DNA of 64,000 nucleotides from an uncultured virus (IMG/VR IMGVR_UViG_3300011339_000326). Lineage: Duplodnaviria; Heunggongvirae; Uroviricota; Caudoviricetes. The stretch lies in IMG/VR virus record IMGVR_UViG_3300011339_000326; one strand, 5' to 3'. Shown in pieces: positions 47,142 through 55,912 of the stretch; position 1 is the first letter of the stretch; every line of letters starts with the position of its first letter. Below the pieces are notes generated by a model, which was given only the letters and a program-made list of their open reading frames with translations, was not told where the DNA came from and searched no databases. Position numbers and translations under genes: made by a program.

Positions 47142-48146
47142 TTAACCTCTAGTAAGTAAAGCAACCTGTTTCGCGTATTGTTCTGGGGTCACCCCAAGTC
47201 GCCGGGCAATGGCTACTTCGGATGCCTTTAACCGAATACGGTTAGGCGGTGTGCTGCGGGTAGCTGGAGCTACAACCGAAGCTGGTTTTGTTGCACGGAC
47301 GGGGGTGTAATCCTCCTCCGGTTCAGAAACTTTTTTGGAAGGAGTTTCATCATCCTCATAGCTCTGAGAGTCTGAAAAACTCTCAGGAAAACGCTTTCGC
47401 ATTGTTTTGTCAATGGTCTCAAAGTAGTCTTTGGAACCAATATAGTCAGCACCATACTGCCTTTGCAGCTTTCTGTCAAGTCCTGATGCTGCAGCAGTCA
47501 TTTCTTCGTCTTTGCCCCACCAGTCTGAGTTTGCTTCTAGCCACTTAGCAGTACGTGGTGCAAGTTGTGGTGGGGCGTTTTGCGGTTGCTCAGGTATAAA
47601 CCTATTAGTCTCGGCTGGGATAGGCTGCATATTTTCAGCCTTGTCCAATCTCAACGTAGCTTTGGCAATTCTGGTCTGCGCTGCAGCAATAAGGTCGGGG
47701 TCCCCAGCCTCGTAGGCTTCTTTGTACCCACGTTCAGCAGCCGCCAAGTCACTTTCTGCAGAGGTTTTGTTCTGCGCAATAAATGCTTGGCTTCCTGTAG
47801 AAAGCTGTTGTTGTAGGCGTTTGTTGTCTTCAAACACTTGTTTTGCAAAGGTCTCCGCAGCTTGGCGCTCACGGATAGCCTCTTCTTTCGCTCGGCGCTC
47901 GTCGTGGTACCCACGAGTAAACTTCTTGATGCGTGCCTGTACCTTCTCGTCGTACGAAGCAAGCTCGTCTTCAGAAGCATCTTCAGGCGGGGGCGCAGCT
48001 TTGCGATTGCGGTCTTCCGGTGGCGTATCGTTCTCGATCTCAATTACAAACTCGCCATCACCCGCTTCTGTACCTACGGGTTTACCCTTAGCCTCAGCTT
48101 CCTTTTCGTCGGGGAACTTGAATTCGTCTTGTCCAAATCTAGCCAT
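47142..48146 (-). CDS. Capsid scaffolding protein
   Basis: Acidic N-terminus, coiled coil, C-terminal IARRLGVTPEQYAKQ. Confidence 0.7.
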   Translation of the reverse strand: MARFGQDEFKFPDEKEAEAKGKPVGTEAGDGEFVIEIENDTPPEDRNRKAAPPPEDASEDELASYDEKVQARIKKFTRGYHDERRAKEEAIRERQAAETFAKQVFEDNKRLQQQLSTGSQAFIAQNKTSAESDLAAAERGYKEAYEAGDPDLIAAAQTRIAKATLRLDKAENMQPIPAETNRFIPEQPQNAPPQLAPRTAKWLEANSDWWGKDEEMTAAASGLDRKLQRQYGADYIGSKDYFETIDKTMRKRFPESFSDSQSYEDDETPSKKVSEPEEDYTPVRATKPASVVAPATRSTPPNRIRLKASEVAIARRLGVTPEQYAKQVALLTRG

Positions 48147-48156
48147 TATTTACTCC

Positions 48157-48567
48157 TTATGCAGCGCGGGTAATTCCACGCGGATCGTCAACTGTTGCTT
48201 CAACCGAGTCATCATTGATGATTCGGAACTCGCGGCCATGAATCTTCAAACGGGTACCGGAATTTGGTCGGCAAATAACAAAATCACCTTCCGCGCACGA
48301 TGGCCCATTGGGGAAACGAGTCGCGTCTTTGTACGCATCAGGTCCAAGTTTCACTACAAATAGCACTGGGGTCAGCACCTCTTCATAGTGCATAGTCTTT
48401 GAGTCTTTGATAATCCCCACAGAACTCTCTGCAAACTCCTCCATAGCCTCTGGGACTACGCAAAGAACGTGAAAGGTTTTGGGGTCAGGCAACTGCTTCG
48501 CTTTTTCCTCGGCACCCTTATTCAGAATACCGGAGAGGTCCACCGCAGTGATGTCAAATTCACTCAT
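48157..48567 (-). CDS. groES: GroES/Cpn10-like co-chaperonin
   Basis: P...VL.V, GII, VVKLGPDAY, GDFV, G.EFRIINDD.V.A.V. Confidence 0.8.
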   Translation of the reverse strand: MSEFDITAVDLSGILNKGAEEKAKQLPDPKTFHVLCVVPEAMEEFAESSVGIIKDSKTMHYEEVLTPVLFVVKLGPDAYKDATRFPNGPSCAEGDFVICRPNSGTRLKIHGREFRIINDDSVEATVDDPRGITRAA

Positions 48568-48760
48568 CTTCAGATTTCTCCATACGTTGCACGAGGTCGT
48601 TTAGGATAGATTCTGCATGGCTCAGACCCCGGATGATCCCGCAGATGTGCCGGTATTCAGGGTAGTCCCCTGCTCTCCCAGCGGAAAGAAAACTCGCTTG
48701 CTCATTACGCAATTTGTCTATCTCTCGGGCAATGAACCCGAGCAAGCGATGTTGATCCAT
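48560..48760 (-). CDS. Small conserved protein downstream of the portal gene
   Basis: DY.EYR..CG.IRGL. Confidence 0.7.
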   Translation of the reverse strand: MDQHRLLGFIAREIDKLRNEQASFLSAGRAGDYPEYRHICGIIRGLSHAESILNDLVQRMEKSEDE

Positions 48761-51261
48761 TATTTAGTTTCCTTAGCGGGTTTTGGCTGCTGCTGTTGCT
48801 GCATACGTTGTTGAGCTTGTTGCCGTTGCTGTTGCGCCAACTGCGACTGGTGCTTCGAGATGTCCACGCGCAAGCGGGCGGTATCTGTTTCTTGCTGTTT
48901 AGCCACCCGATCTCGTGCAGTGGCTGAATTAGCCGCAATCTGCATACGCGCAATCTCCTTCTGAGCCTCAATGCGGGCCTGCTCAACAGTCAATTGCGCT
49001 GCTTTGGCGTGTGCCTCGGCGTTCTGCTTCTGCTCCTTGAGCCTCAGTTCCTGCTGCTTGATCTGCAGTTCCTGCTGTTGCATTTGTACAACAGGGTCTT
49101 GCTGCTGTTGCTGCGCTGCTTGTTGCTTCGCTTCCTGCTGGTTCTGCTGCAGTAGTTTCTGCGATGCCTGCGCTGCCATCATTGCAATACGATCAGCAAG
49201 TTCTGGAGTGACCTCTTTGTTCTGCTCCTTAGTCGGCAGCGGCAAGCCCATCTCCATCTCAACCTGCTTGCGGTACTCAAACGCAATATGCTCGTTCATG
49301 TGAGCCATAGCTGCCGCCATGATTGCCGGTGCTTGGGGATTCATCTGCATCAACTGCTGAATCTTGGGGTCTTGCATCGCCGCTTGGTGCACTGCAATAT
49401 GCGCTTGGTGATTCTGCTCAATGAACGCCTTTACCGGCTTGCCTGTGAGGACGTCTTGGTTCTCCTGCACGGGGTCCACTGGAACTGCGTCATCTTCAGT
49501 AGGTACAAGTTTGGCTGCGTTTTTAACCCCTAAAATCTCAATCATCTGGCGGTGCAGGAGCGGGAGGTCATACAACTGAGGTGCTGACTGGGCCAACTGC
49601 AGTACTGCCTGATACTGCACAACCTTCTGCGCCATCGTTGCGGCGTTAGGATCACTAACCGGAATAACGTCCACCGCGTCATAGTCGGACTTCTTAACAT
49701 CCCGATCCCCGCCCTCTGGCTTGTAGTCGTATTCTTCCGGTGTGTAGTCTGCAATGATGACCTTCAGCAGTTTGAACTCCTGCTTCATCGCATAGTGCAG
49801 GCGAGCCTGAACTGCAGACATGACCTTTAACGTGCGCTCAAGCAGGGCCAAAGTGGTGCCAACTGGAGCGTTTGCGCTCATATCACTCACGTTCATGTCG
49901 CCCGATGACGCAAACGCACGGCCTTCAGACACGATATTTTGGAATAAAGCGAATAGAACTTGGCTAGGTTCTTTGTACGGCAAGGGGAGAATGTTGTCTC
50001 TGATGCTGCCGCTTGGCACATCCACATCCCTAAATTCACCCGGAGCAATGGGCGTATCGTCCCCTTTAATCCGTAGACCACGGGATTTCAGACCACCGGG
50101 CAAGTTGCTCAGTGTGCCAGCATCCACCAACTGACGGATCAACATCGTGGATGACTTGGCGTAGCCACCAATCAAGTGGATCAGACCATATCCGTAGAAC
50201 CCAAAGCCGGGGATGTACTGGTAGTGTACGAAGTGCTGGCGTTTCAGGTGCAGCTTGTCTCCCTCGTACCAATTCCTACGCACGGACAAGACCTTTGTAG
50301 TGCCCTTCTCAATAGTGACTACATACGGCAGGGCTATGCCTGTCATCTCACCTTCACTGTCTTTGTCCTCATACCCCTCAAGGTCCAAGTCAACGTGCAT
50401 CTCTAGTATGCGGAACCGATTGTCCTGTGTAGCAGACAGGCCCATCTCCTCGGCCTTTTGCTTCTCGATGTCGTCCAATTCATTCGACGGCTCACCAAGC
50501 TCAACATCTGAGTAGAACCCAGCAGCCATCAGCTTCTTCAACTCATTCGGTGTCTTCCGCATCACGTGCGTAACCCGCTCCGCTGTCTCTAAACTAGACG
50601 CACCATACGGCACGACAATATCCTCTGCGGGAATAAACATCGCCACCTGCCGACCTTTGCTCGGGTCGTAGTACACCTTCTTGAACGCTGAGCCTGCCAG
50701 CGGCAACGACCACAATAGCTTCTCATGTTCTGGCCGGTACTCAGCCATTACCTCGGTCAACTGGTAATTCATGTCATCACGAACACGGGCGGCAGATTCC
50801 TCAGCCAATACGTCAATTGCCCCAATAATCTGGGTCTTCACCGGGCCCATAGCCGGGAACGTCTCCATCATTGCTTCTGACTGGAACCTTACAACACTCT
50901 CAGTAAGCATTGGGTGGAACACACCACAAGCGCCATTCCACGGTTCTGTACGCTCTTCGTACTTCAATCCAAGTAGCTTCAGCCCTTCTACATACGTGCG
51001 CATCCAGTCCTTGCGGTCCATCAGGTCTTTGTCAACCTCTGATACAAGCTCTGAGCCCAAGGAGTCCAGCACGCTGTCACTGATGTACTCAGCGAGGTTG
51101 TCGTCGAACCCCTCCTCGTTACCTTCTCCCGGCTCCAAGTCAATCTCTAGCCCGCCTATGTCAATGTGCACAGCCTCCGGGTCCTCGATCTCAATCTCAA
51201 TGTCAGGCTGCAGTGACTCAAGCCCCTGCGGTGCTGCGTATAAACCTTTGTCCATTGCCAT
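48760..51261 (-). CDS. Portal protein (P22-like, long Q-rich C-terminal barrel)
   Basis: 833 aa after TerL; HPMLTE..VRFQ, GSAFKKVYYD, NLPGG.K. Confidence 0.85.
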   Translation of the reverse strand: MAMDKGLYAAPQGLESLQPDIEIEIEDPEAVHIDIGGLEIDLEPGEGNEEGFDDNLAEYISDSVLDSLGSELVSEVDKDLMDRKDWMRTYVEGLKLLGLKYEERTEPWNGACGVFHPMLTESVVRFQSEAMMETFPAMGPVKTQIIGAIDVLAEESAARVRDDMNYQLTEVMAEYRPEHEKLLWSLPLAGSAFKKVYYDPSKGRQVAMFIPAEDIVVPYGASSLETAERVTHVMRKTPNELKKLMAAGFYSDVELGEPSNELDDIEKQKAEEMGLSATQDNRFRILEMHVDLDLEGYEDKDSEGEMTGIALPYVVTIEKGTTKVLSVRRNWYEGDKLHLKRQHFVHYQYIPGFGFYGYGLIHLIGGYAKSSTMLIRQLVDAGTLSNLPGGLKSRGLRIKGDDTPIAPGEFRDVDVPSGSIRDNILPLPYKEPSQVLFALFQNIVSEGRAFASSGDMNVSDMSANAPVGTTLALLERTLKVMSAVQARLHYAMKQEFKLLKVIIADYTPEEYDYKPEGGDRDVKKSDYDAVDVIPVSDPNAATMAQKVVQYQAVLQLAQSAPQLYDLPLLHRQMIEILGVKNAAKLVPTEDDAVPVDPVQENQDVLTGKPVKAFIEQNHQAHIAVHQAAMQDPKIQQLMQMNPQAPAIMAAAMAHMNEHIAFEYRKQVEMEMGLPLPTKEQNKEVTPELADRIAMMAAQASQKLLQQNQQEAKQQAAQQQQQDPVVQMQQQELQIKQQELRLKEQKQNAEAHAKAAQLTVEQARIEAQKEIARMQIAANSATARDRVAKQQETDTARLRVDISKHQSQLAQQQRQQAQQRMQQQQQPKPAKETK

Positions 51262-51272
51262 GATGTATCCTT

Positions 51273-51308
51273 AAACTGTGTAGAACCGTTTCAAACTGTG
51301 TAGAACCG
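51273..51308. repeat. 16-bp direct repeat duplicating the TerL 3' end
   Basis: aaactgtgtagaaccg at 51273 and 51293. Confidence 0.9.
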
Positions 51309-52814
51309 CTCTCGGCGGGCACTTTTGAACCACTTGATCTCTTCTGGTTCGTCAGTGGGCAGTCGTAGGAACCCACCCTGTCTGAACCGCATGAGTGCTA
51401 ATGTTGTGGCGTCAACCAAGTCATCGTGTTCCCCGGAAGGAAACGAAGCAACCTCGTCAACTAGCTCCTCGGCCCATCGGGTACGGGGAACCCACACTTT
51501 TCCAGACGCAATTATGTCCGAGACCGCATTTAGACGAGCAATTTTGTCTTGGCCCTTACCCGGCGTAAACTCCTGCACAGGTATGCCCATTGAGCGAAGC
51601 TCGTAGATCAAAGGTGCGCCACTAGCTTTTTTCTCGATCAACACCCCATCAGGCTCGTACTCGTTGTACTCCTTGAGCACATCTTTCTTTAAGTCCGGGT
51701 ACTCGACCCGCTTCTTATATGTGTTCAGCAGGATGATGTTAGGCGCATTATTGTCCTCGTCTAGGTTAAATATGCCCCATGTAGTGCCCGCAGAATAGTC
51801 AGCCCGTTGGTTTTTCTCAAAAGCTGTGTCCCATGTCTGCAAAATGTAGTCACAACGGGGTGGATCATCCTTTTCCCACCACTTCCACCAGTCGCGTTTT
51901 ACGATGGCGCTTTCGTTGCCAACAGGATTCTGCTGATACTGTGCCTGCCATTTGGAGTTTGGCAGTTCAGCACGGAGGGCTTCAAGCTCTTCGAGGGGCC
52001 AGAATTCGGGCCAAAGAGGAGTACCGGACGGCAAAATGGCCGGAAATTCGATGACTTCCCAATCTTCACCTGCTCGTTGTGCTGCACTTTTGAGTACCTG
52101 TCCAGTTAAATCCCGCTGAGCCCAGCGCGTCATCACTATAACAATAGCCGCACTTGGCTGCAAACGCTGTCTTGGCCCCGATGTATACCACTCGTACACC
52201 TTATCGTAGACTTCTGGGTTGCTGGAGGCCATCGCAGCCTCTTGTTCTGAGTGCGGATCGTCAATAATGAGCACATCTGCGCCCTTACCGGTCACCGTAC
52301 CCCCTACGCCGATAGCAAAATAGTCACCGCCCTTGCTGGTATTCCACCTACCCGCAGCTTTTGAGTCTGCTTGGAGCGTCAATTCGGGAAAAATGTCATG
52401 GTAAACCTCGGAATCGACCAGATTTCGCACCTTTCGACCAAAACCAACTGCCAACTCGCCCGTATTTGAGGTCTGAATCACCTTCTTGTGTGGAAACTTA
52501 CCTAGAAACCACGCAGGGAGCAGATAAGACGCAAATTCTGACTTGGTATGCCGGGGCGGCATGTTGATAATGAGTCGTTTACATGTCCCGTTCGCAACTC
52601 GCTCAAACGCTTCGGCCATCCGCTTATGGTGCCTACCCGAAATGAAGCTCGGCCACACCGCTTCCACAAACTTGATGAACTTAGTCTGACTAAGCTCCCG
52701 TTGTTTCATCTTCTCCAGCTTATCTAGCTGCGCTTCCAGCACGCGCATGTCCGACTCGGAGAGTTTCCCCGTATTTATGAGCGTCTCGATATCTCTAAGC
52801 GAGATGTTACTCAT
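51291..52814 (-). CDS. terL: Terminase large subunit
   Basis: NMPPRHTKS, IIDDPH, MTRW, QYQQ.P, WDTA, ADYSA, IEKKASG, HDDLVD. Confidence 0.95.
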   Translation of the reverse strand: MSNISLRDIETLINTGKLSESDMRVLEAQLDKLEKMKQRELSQTKFIKFVEAVWPSFISGRHHKRMAEAFERVANGTCKRLIINMPPRHTKSEFASYLLPAWFLGKFPHKKVIQTSNTGELAVGFGRKVRNLVDSEVYHDIFPELTLQADSKAAGRWNTSKGGDYFAIGVGGTVTGKGADVLIIDDPHSEQEAAMASSNPEVYDKVYEWYTSGPRQRLQPSAAIVIVMTRWAQRDLTGQVLKSAAQRAGEDWEVIEFPAILPSGTPLWPEFWPLEELEALRAELPNSKWQAQYQQNPVGNESAIVKRDWWKWWEKDDPPRCDYILQTWDTAFEKNQRADYSAGTTWGIFNLDEDNNAPNIILLNTYKKRVEYPDLKKDVLKEYNEYEPDGVLIEKKASGAPLIYELRSMGIPVQEFTPGKGQDKIARLNAVSDIIASGKVWVPRTRWAEELVDEVASFPSGEHDDLVDATTLALMRFRQGGFLRLPTDEPEEIKWFKSARRERFYTV

Positions 52815-53415
52815 CTTGGGTTTGCTCTAGGTCTAGTTCTGGTTCTGGTTCAGGCACAGGCTCGGGTAGTCCTAGCTGCGCATCCAGATCATCTATTGGG
52901 GTTACGTCCGTAACCGTAGTATTCAGCAGACGTTTGACTCGTTCCTTGATGGAGTTCTCAAGAGACGCAGACGTTGTATGGTGCACAGTAATCTCGCTGC
53001 GCTCTGTAAAAATTCCTATGTCGCTGTGCTTGCCCAAAAGCTCCAACGCCTTTAGTTCAAACCGAGGGTCTCCGCAGTCTGCCAACTCGATGAGCTTATT
53101 GGTGATGAAGTTGCGGGCCTGAATTGCATCCGCAATCGCTTGGTAGTCGTAAACCTTGAGGATTTGCGCAGCCTTCTTGGCTACGCCGGGGATAGATACA
53201 GTTTTTGGTTCTTCGCCCTTTGCCTCCCCCTTGATCAGGGTGCGGGCCTTCGCTTCGTCCTCTTCTGAGAAATCAATGCTGCCCCCCAACTGATCTATGA
53301 GGTCTGCAGTATTTGCAGCAATGGCAATACTGTCTGCATGCGTTTTGGGCTGCTCTGCGGACAGATCAAAGGGCAGTGGATGTTCTGCAGTAGGCGTAAT
53401 TTCTATCATGTGCAC
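52807..53415 (-). CDS. Putative terminase small subunit
   Basis: Directly upstream of and overlapping terL; LKALELLGK...F.E..E. Confidence 0.55.
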   Translation of the reverse strand: MHMIEITPTAEHPLPFDLSAEQPKTHADSIAIAANTADLIDQLGGSIDFSEEDEAKARTLIKGEAKGEEPKTVSIPGVAKKAAQILKVYDYQAIADAIQARNFITNKLIELADCGDPRFELKALELLGKHSDIGIFTERSEITVHHTTSASLENSIKERVKRLLNTTVTDVTPIDDLDAQLGLPEPVPEPEPELDLEQTQDE

Positions 53416-53815
53416 CGGGTTAGCGGGAGTTGGGCCAAATGTAACACAAAAATATATGGGGGTGGGGGTGTTTGATTTAGAAAAGTGACGGGGGGTGTTT
53501 CTGGGGCAGCAGTTGGCGGAATGGCTTGGTGGATTTTGTAGGGGGTGGGGGGTGTTTTGTTAGGAAAAATTTAAAAGTGAGTATCGGGTGTGCAACGCAC
53601 AGAGTATAGGTACCGGGTACCCTAAACAGCCCTTTCGGGGTGGTGGGGTCGTCGTCAGCGTCGCCATCTAAACTTGTTAGGCCGTACGGGGTCTGATTCC
53701 CTGTATTTATTGTCCACGCTTATTATGGTTTTTCGTCATACGATGTTATACATTAGACCCATCGATTCATACAGCACATTGCCTGTATGTCGATTAAACC
53801 TAGAAGGGGTTTATC

Positions 53816-54334
53816 ATGTTAGAAGTTATCGTCACGGTTCCTACATTGTCCGACATTGCTGTCCTGCGCACTAGGGCTGTAGATTCAGAAGCTAGTGTGT
53901 ACGGGGCGCGTAAAGACTACGCAAAGGGAATCAATGGGCTGTCCGATATCGCATGGTATAGAGACGGGGTTCAATTGCCTAAGGCAATAGCTGAGGAGAA
54001 GGCCGAATACTATAAGGCCTTGAAGGCCATCGGATACTCTAACCCCAGTAACGCGTGGAAGATGGTCAAGCAATACGCCTTCGAGGCCGCGAAGGCCGAA
54101 GGGTTATTTGGCGAAGTGGCCGAAACGGGCGAAGAGGGCGAAGAGGGCGAAGCTGGCGAAACCCGCGAAACCCGCTCGTTAACCCTTCGCATGGTCGAAG
54201 AGCTTACGACGCTCCATAAAGCGGCCATGAAAACTCGGGACAATAAGCCTGAGCAATACAGCCCGAAAGTGGCGCTCGCGCACCATCATGTGATCGAAGC
54301 ACTCAAGGCAATGGGTGTTGACGTAGGCATCTAA
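53816..54334 (+). CDS. First rightward early gene, hypothetical (acidic linker GEEGEEGE)
   Basis: AAGGGG SD; 172-aa ORF flanked by hairpins. Confidence 0.75.
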   Translation: MLEVIVTVPTLSDIAVLRTRAVDSEASVYGARKDYAKGINGLSDIAWYRDGVQLPKAIAEEKAEYYKALKAIGYSNPSNAWKMVKQYAFEAAKAEGLFGEVAETGEEGEEGEAGETRETRSLTLRMVEELTTLHKAAMKTRDNKPEQYSPKVALAHHHVIEALKAMGVDVGI

Positions 54335-54361
54335 GGGAATGGGGCAGGGTAAACCCTGCCC

Positions 54362-54374
54362 CTAACAATGTTAG
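54362..54374. repeat. CTAACAnTGTTAG palindrome copy (intergenic)
   Basis: cCTAACAATGTTAGg. Confidence 0.9.
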
Positions 54375-54468
54375 GTTTACCATGAAATAGCTACCCGGCG
54401 TGCGCAGGCCGTAAAACTGCGCAGGATGTTGGGTTCCTACTAACAAAGCCCTTCGTATGCTCACGCAG

Positions 54469-54499
54469 GCCCTGATCTCGTCGGATCGGGGCTTTTTTT
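54469..54499 (+). terminator. Rho-independent terminator
   Basis: GCCCTGATC...GATCGGGGC followed by T7. Confidence 0.85.
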
Positions 54500-54637
54500 C
54501 GTCCGCGATTTATGCCAGTTCCCACGTAGTTGCTCGGGGCTGGCGCTCGGCTTGCTGCTGCCGTGGAATCTGCAGGGGGTTGGTTTTGGGGCTTGGGCTT
54601 TTATGCCAGTTCCCATGTCCGAGTCCGGGGCTGCGGC

Positions 54638-54928
54638 CTACTCGATGTTCTGCTGTAACTGCAGCAGGGTTTGCCGTTCCCGGTCTAACACTGTTAGGCG
54701 ATGGGCAATGTAGTCGGCGACGGACTTGTTACCTTTGCGGAAGTTGCACTGCTTGCAAGCCACTACTAAGTTATCCGCATTGAACGCACCGCCTTTGGAT
54801 TCGGGGTGAACGTGGTCTATGTTTAGCTGAGTTTTGTAGAGCTTCGACTTGCCGCAGTATCTGCAAGTCCTTTTGTCCCGCGCTATCACATCATCGCGGA
54901 GTTGCTTGGCGGCTTCCCGCATGTTCAT
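54638..54928 (-). CDS. HNH endonuclease (McrA-like)
   Basis: RDKRTCRYCG...IDHVHPESKGG...NLVVACKQCN.RKG; AGGGG SD before ATG 54928. Confidence 0.85.
   Translation of the reverse strand: MNMREAAKQLRDDVIARDKRTCRYCGKSKLYKTQLNIDHVHPESKGGAFNADNLVVACKQCNFRKGNKSVADYIAHRLTVLDRERQTLLQLQQNIE
54685..54697. repeat. CTAACAnTGTTAG palindrome copy inside the HNH gene
   Basis: tCTAACACTGTTAGg. Confidence 0.85.
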
Positions 54929-54953
54929 CTTGTTACCCCTTAAACTGCTTAGC

Positions 54954-54982
54954 AGTTTAACCGTGGATTTACTGAAAGTCAA
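54954..54982 (-). promoter_or_regulatory. Sigma70 promoter of the HNH gene, overlapped by a 21-bp palindrome
   Basis: TTGACT-17 bp-TAAACT on the - strand. Confidence 0.75.
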
Positions 54983-55014
54983 GCCTTTTTGGTAGTATTT
55001 CGCAGCATCGGGGG

Positions 55015-55027
55015 CTAACAATGTTAG
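55015..55027. repeat. CTAACAnTGTTAG palindrome copy (intergenic)
   Basis: gCTAACAATGTTAGg. Confidence 0.9.
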
Positions 55028-55039
55028 GTTTTGGGGCTT

Positions 55040-55412
55040 TTGCGTTACGTTTTTAGGGGTATTGTTACTTTTCACATAGTGAAAAGGCTGGGAACCCGCA
55101 TGGATGCTAGGTTCCTTGCTATTAAGTTAGATGTTACGTGTTACAACGAGGGTATGAAGGTTGGAAAATCTGCAAGAGCGGCAAAACGAGGGGCAACGAG
55201 CCAGCAAGAGTATTTTGTATTACGCACTTTCCAGCGCCATACCCTTTTTTACTCAAAACATTATAATTTATATATATAAAAGTATCCTAACCTATTGATT
55301 TCATTGGGTTTTTTACGTTACGTTTTTTTCATTTTTTCTCCCTTTGTTACAACAGCCTTTTGTAACGCACCCTTGCCCATCCCCGACACGTGTTATAATC
55401 TATATAGTTACA
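55040..55412. other. Candidate replication origin (GTTAC repeats plus AT-rich core)
   Basis: Multiple GTTAC/GTAAC; TTATAATTTATATATATAAAA at 55261. Confidence 0.45.
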
Positions 55413-55431
55413 CCACAACCAAAGGATTGCC

Positions 55432-55749
55432 ATGAAGCCCAAGTTACGACTGACAAGTCTGATCTCCACCGTTTCCTCACAACAAATGAGCGAAGCCATA
55501 GAAGTTCTGAACTGCAGTAAATCGGACGCAATCCGTGAGGCAATGTCGGTGCACGCCTACAAAGCCAAGTCGTTGCATGTACCGCCGAAGTTCCAACCCC
55601 CCAAGACGTACGCAGACAGGTTGTTCATAAATGCAGTCGTCGATGCGGAGACGAAGCAGGACTACGAGATACTCGCAAGACGCTACGGCGTACCTGTATC
55701 CGAGCTAGTCCTACGCTGCCTAAGTGCATACGTGCTGCGGAGCCAATAA
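55432..55749 (+). CDS. Putative tandem ribbon-helix-helix DNA-binding protein
   Basis: Two RHH-like units (CSKSDAIREAM; YGVPVSELVLRCL); TGnTATAAT promoter at 55391. Confidence 0.6.
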   Translation: MKPKLRLTSLISTVSSQQMSEAIEVLNCSKSDAIREAMSVHAYKAKSLHVPPKFQPPKTYADRLFINAVVDAETKQDYEILARRYGVPVSELVLRCLSAYVLRSQ

Positions 55750-55798
55750 CACCCCAAAACCTTTACTCTTACCCCAAGTGCAACGCTGCCGCTTACTC

Positions 55799-55827
55799 TT
55801 GCATAGTACATAACAATGTGATACACT
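55799..55827 (+). promoter_or_regulatory. Sigma70 early promoter
   Basis: TTGCAT-17 bp-TACACT with extended TGn. Confidence 0.75.
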
Positions 55828-55877
55828 ATAGGCTCAGGTGGGAAATCTCCTACCTGCAACCCGGCAAGCAAGCCAAC

Positions 55878-55890
55878 CTAACAATGTTAG
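55878..55890. repeat. CTAACAnTGTTAG palindrome copy (5' UTR)
   Basis: cCTAACAATGTTAGg. Confidence 0.9.
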
Positions 55891-55912
55891 GTCTAACAGC
55901 AAAGGAAGCATC

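Noticed and set aside
53668..53680. Degenerate palindrome CTAAACTTGTTAG (also CTAAGGATGTTAG at 41633)
   Set aside because: Two mismatches each, which can arise by chance; not counted among the 13 copies.
54929..55075. 49-aa N-terminal extension of the HNH in the ORF track
   Set aside because: It overlaps a good sigma70 promoter and SD that point to ATG 54928.
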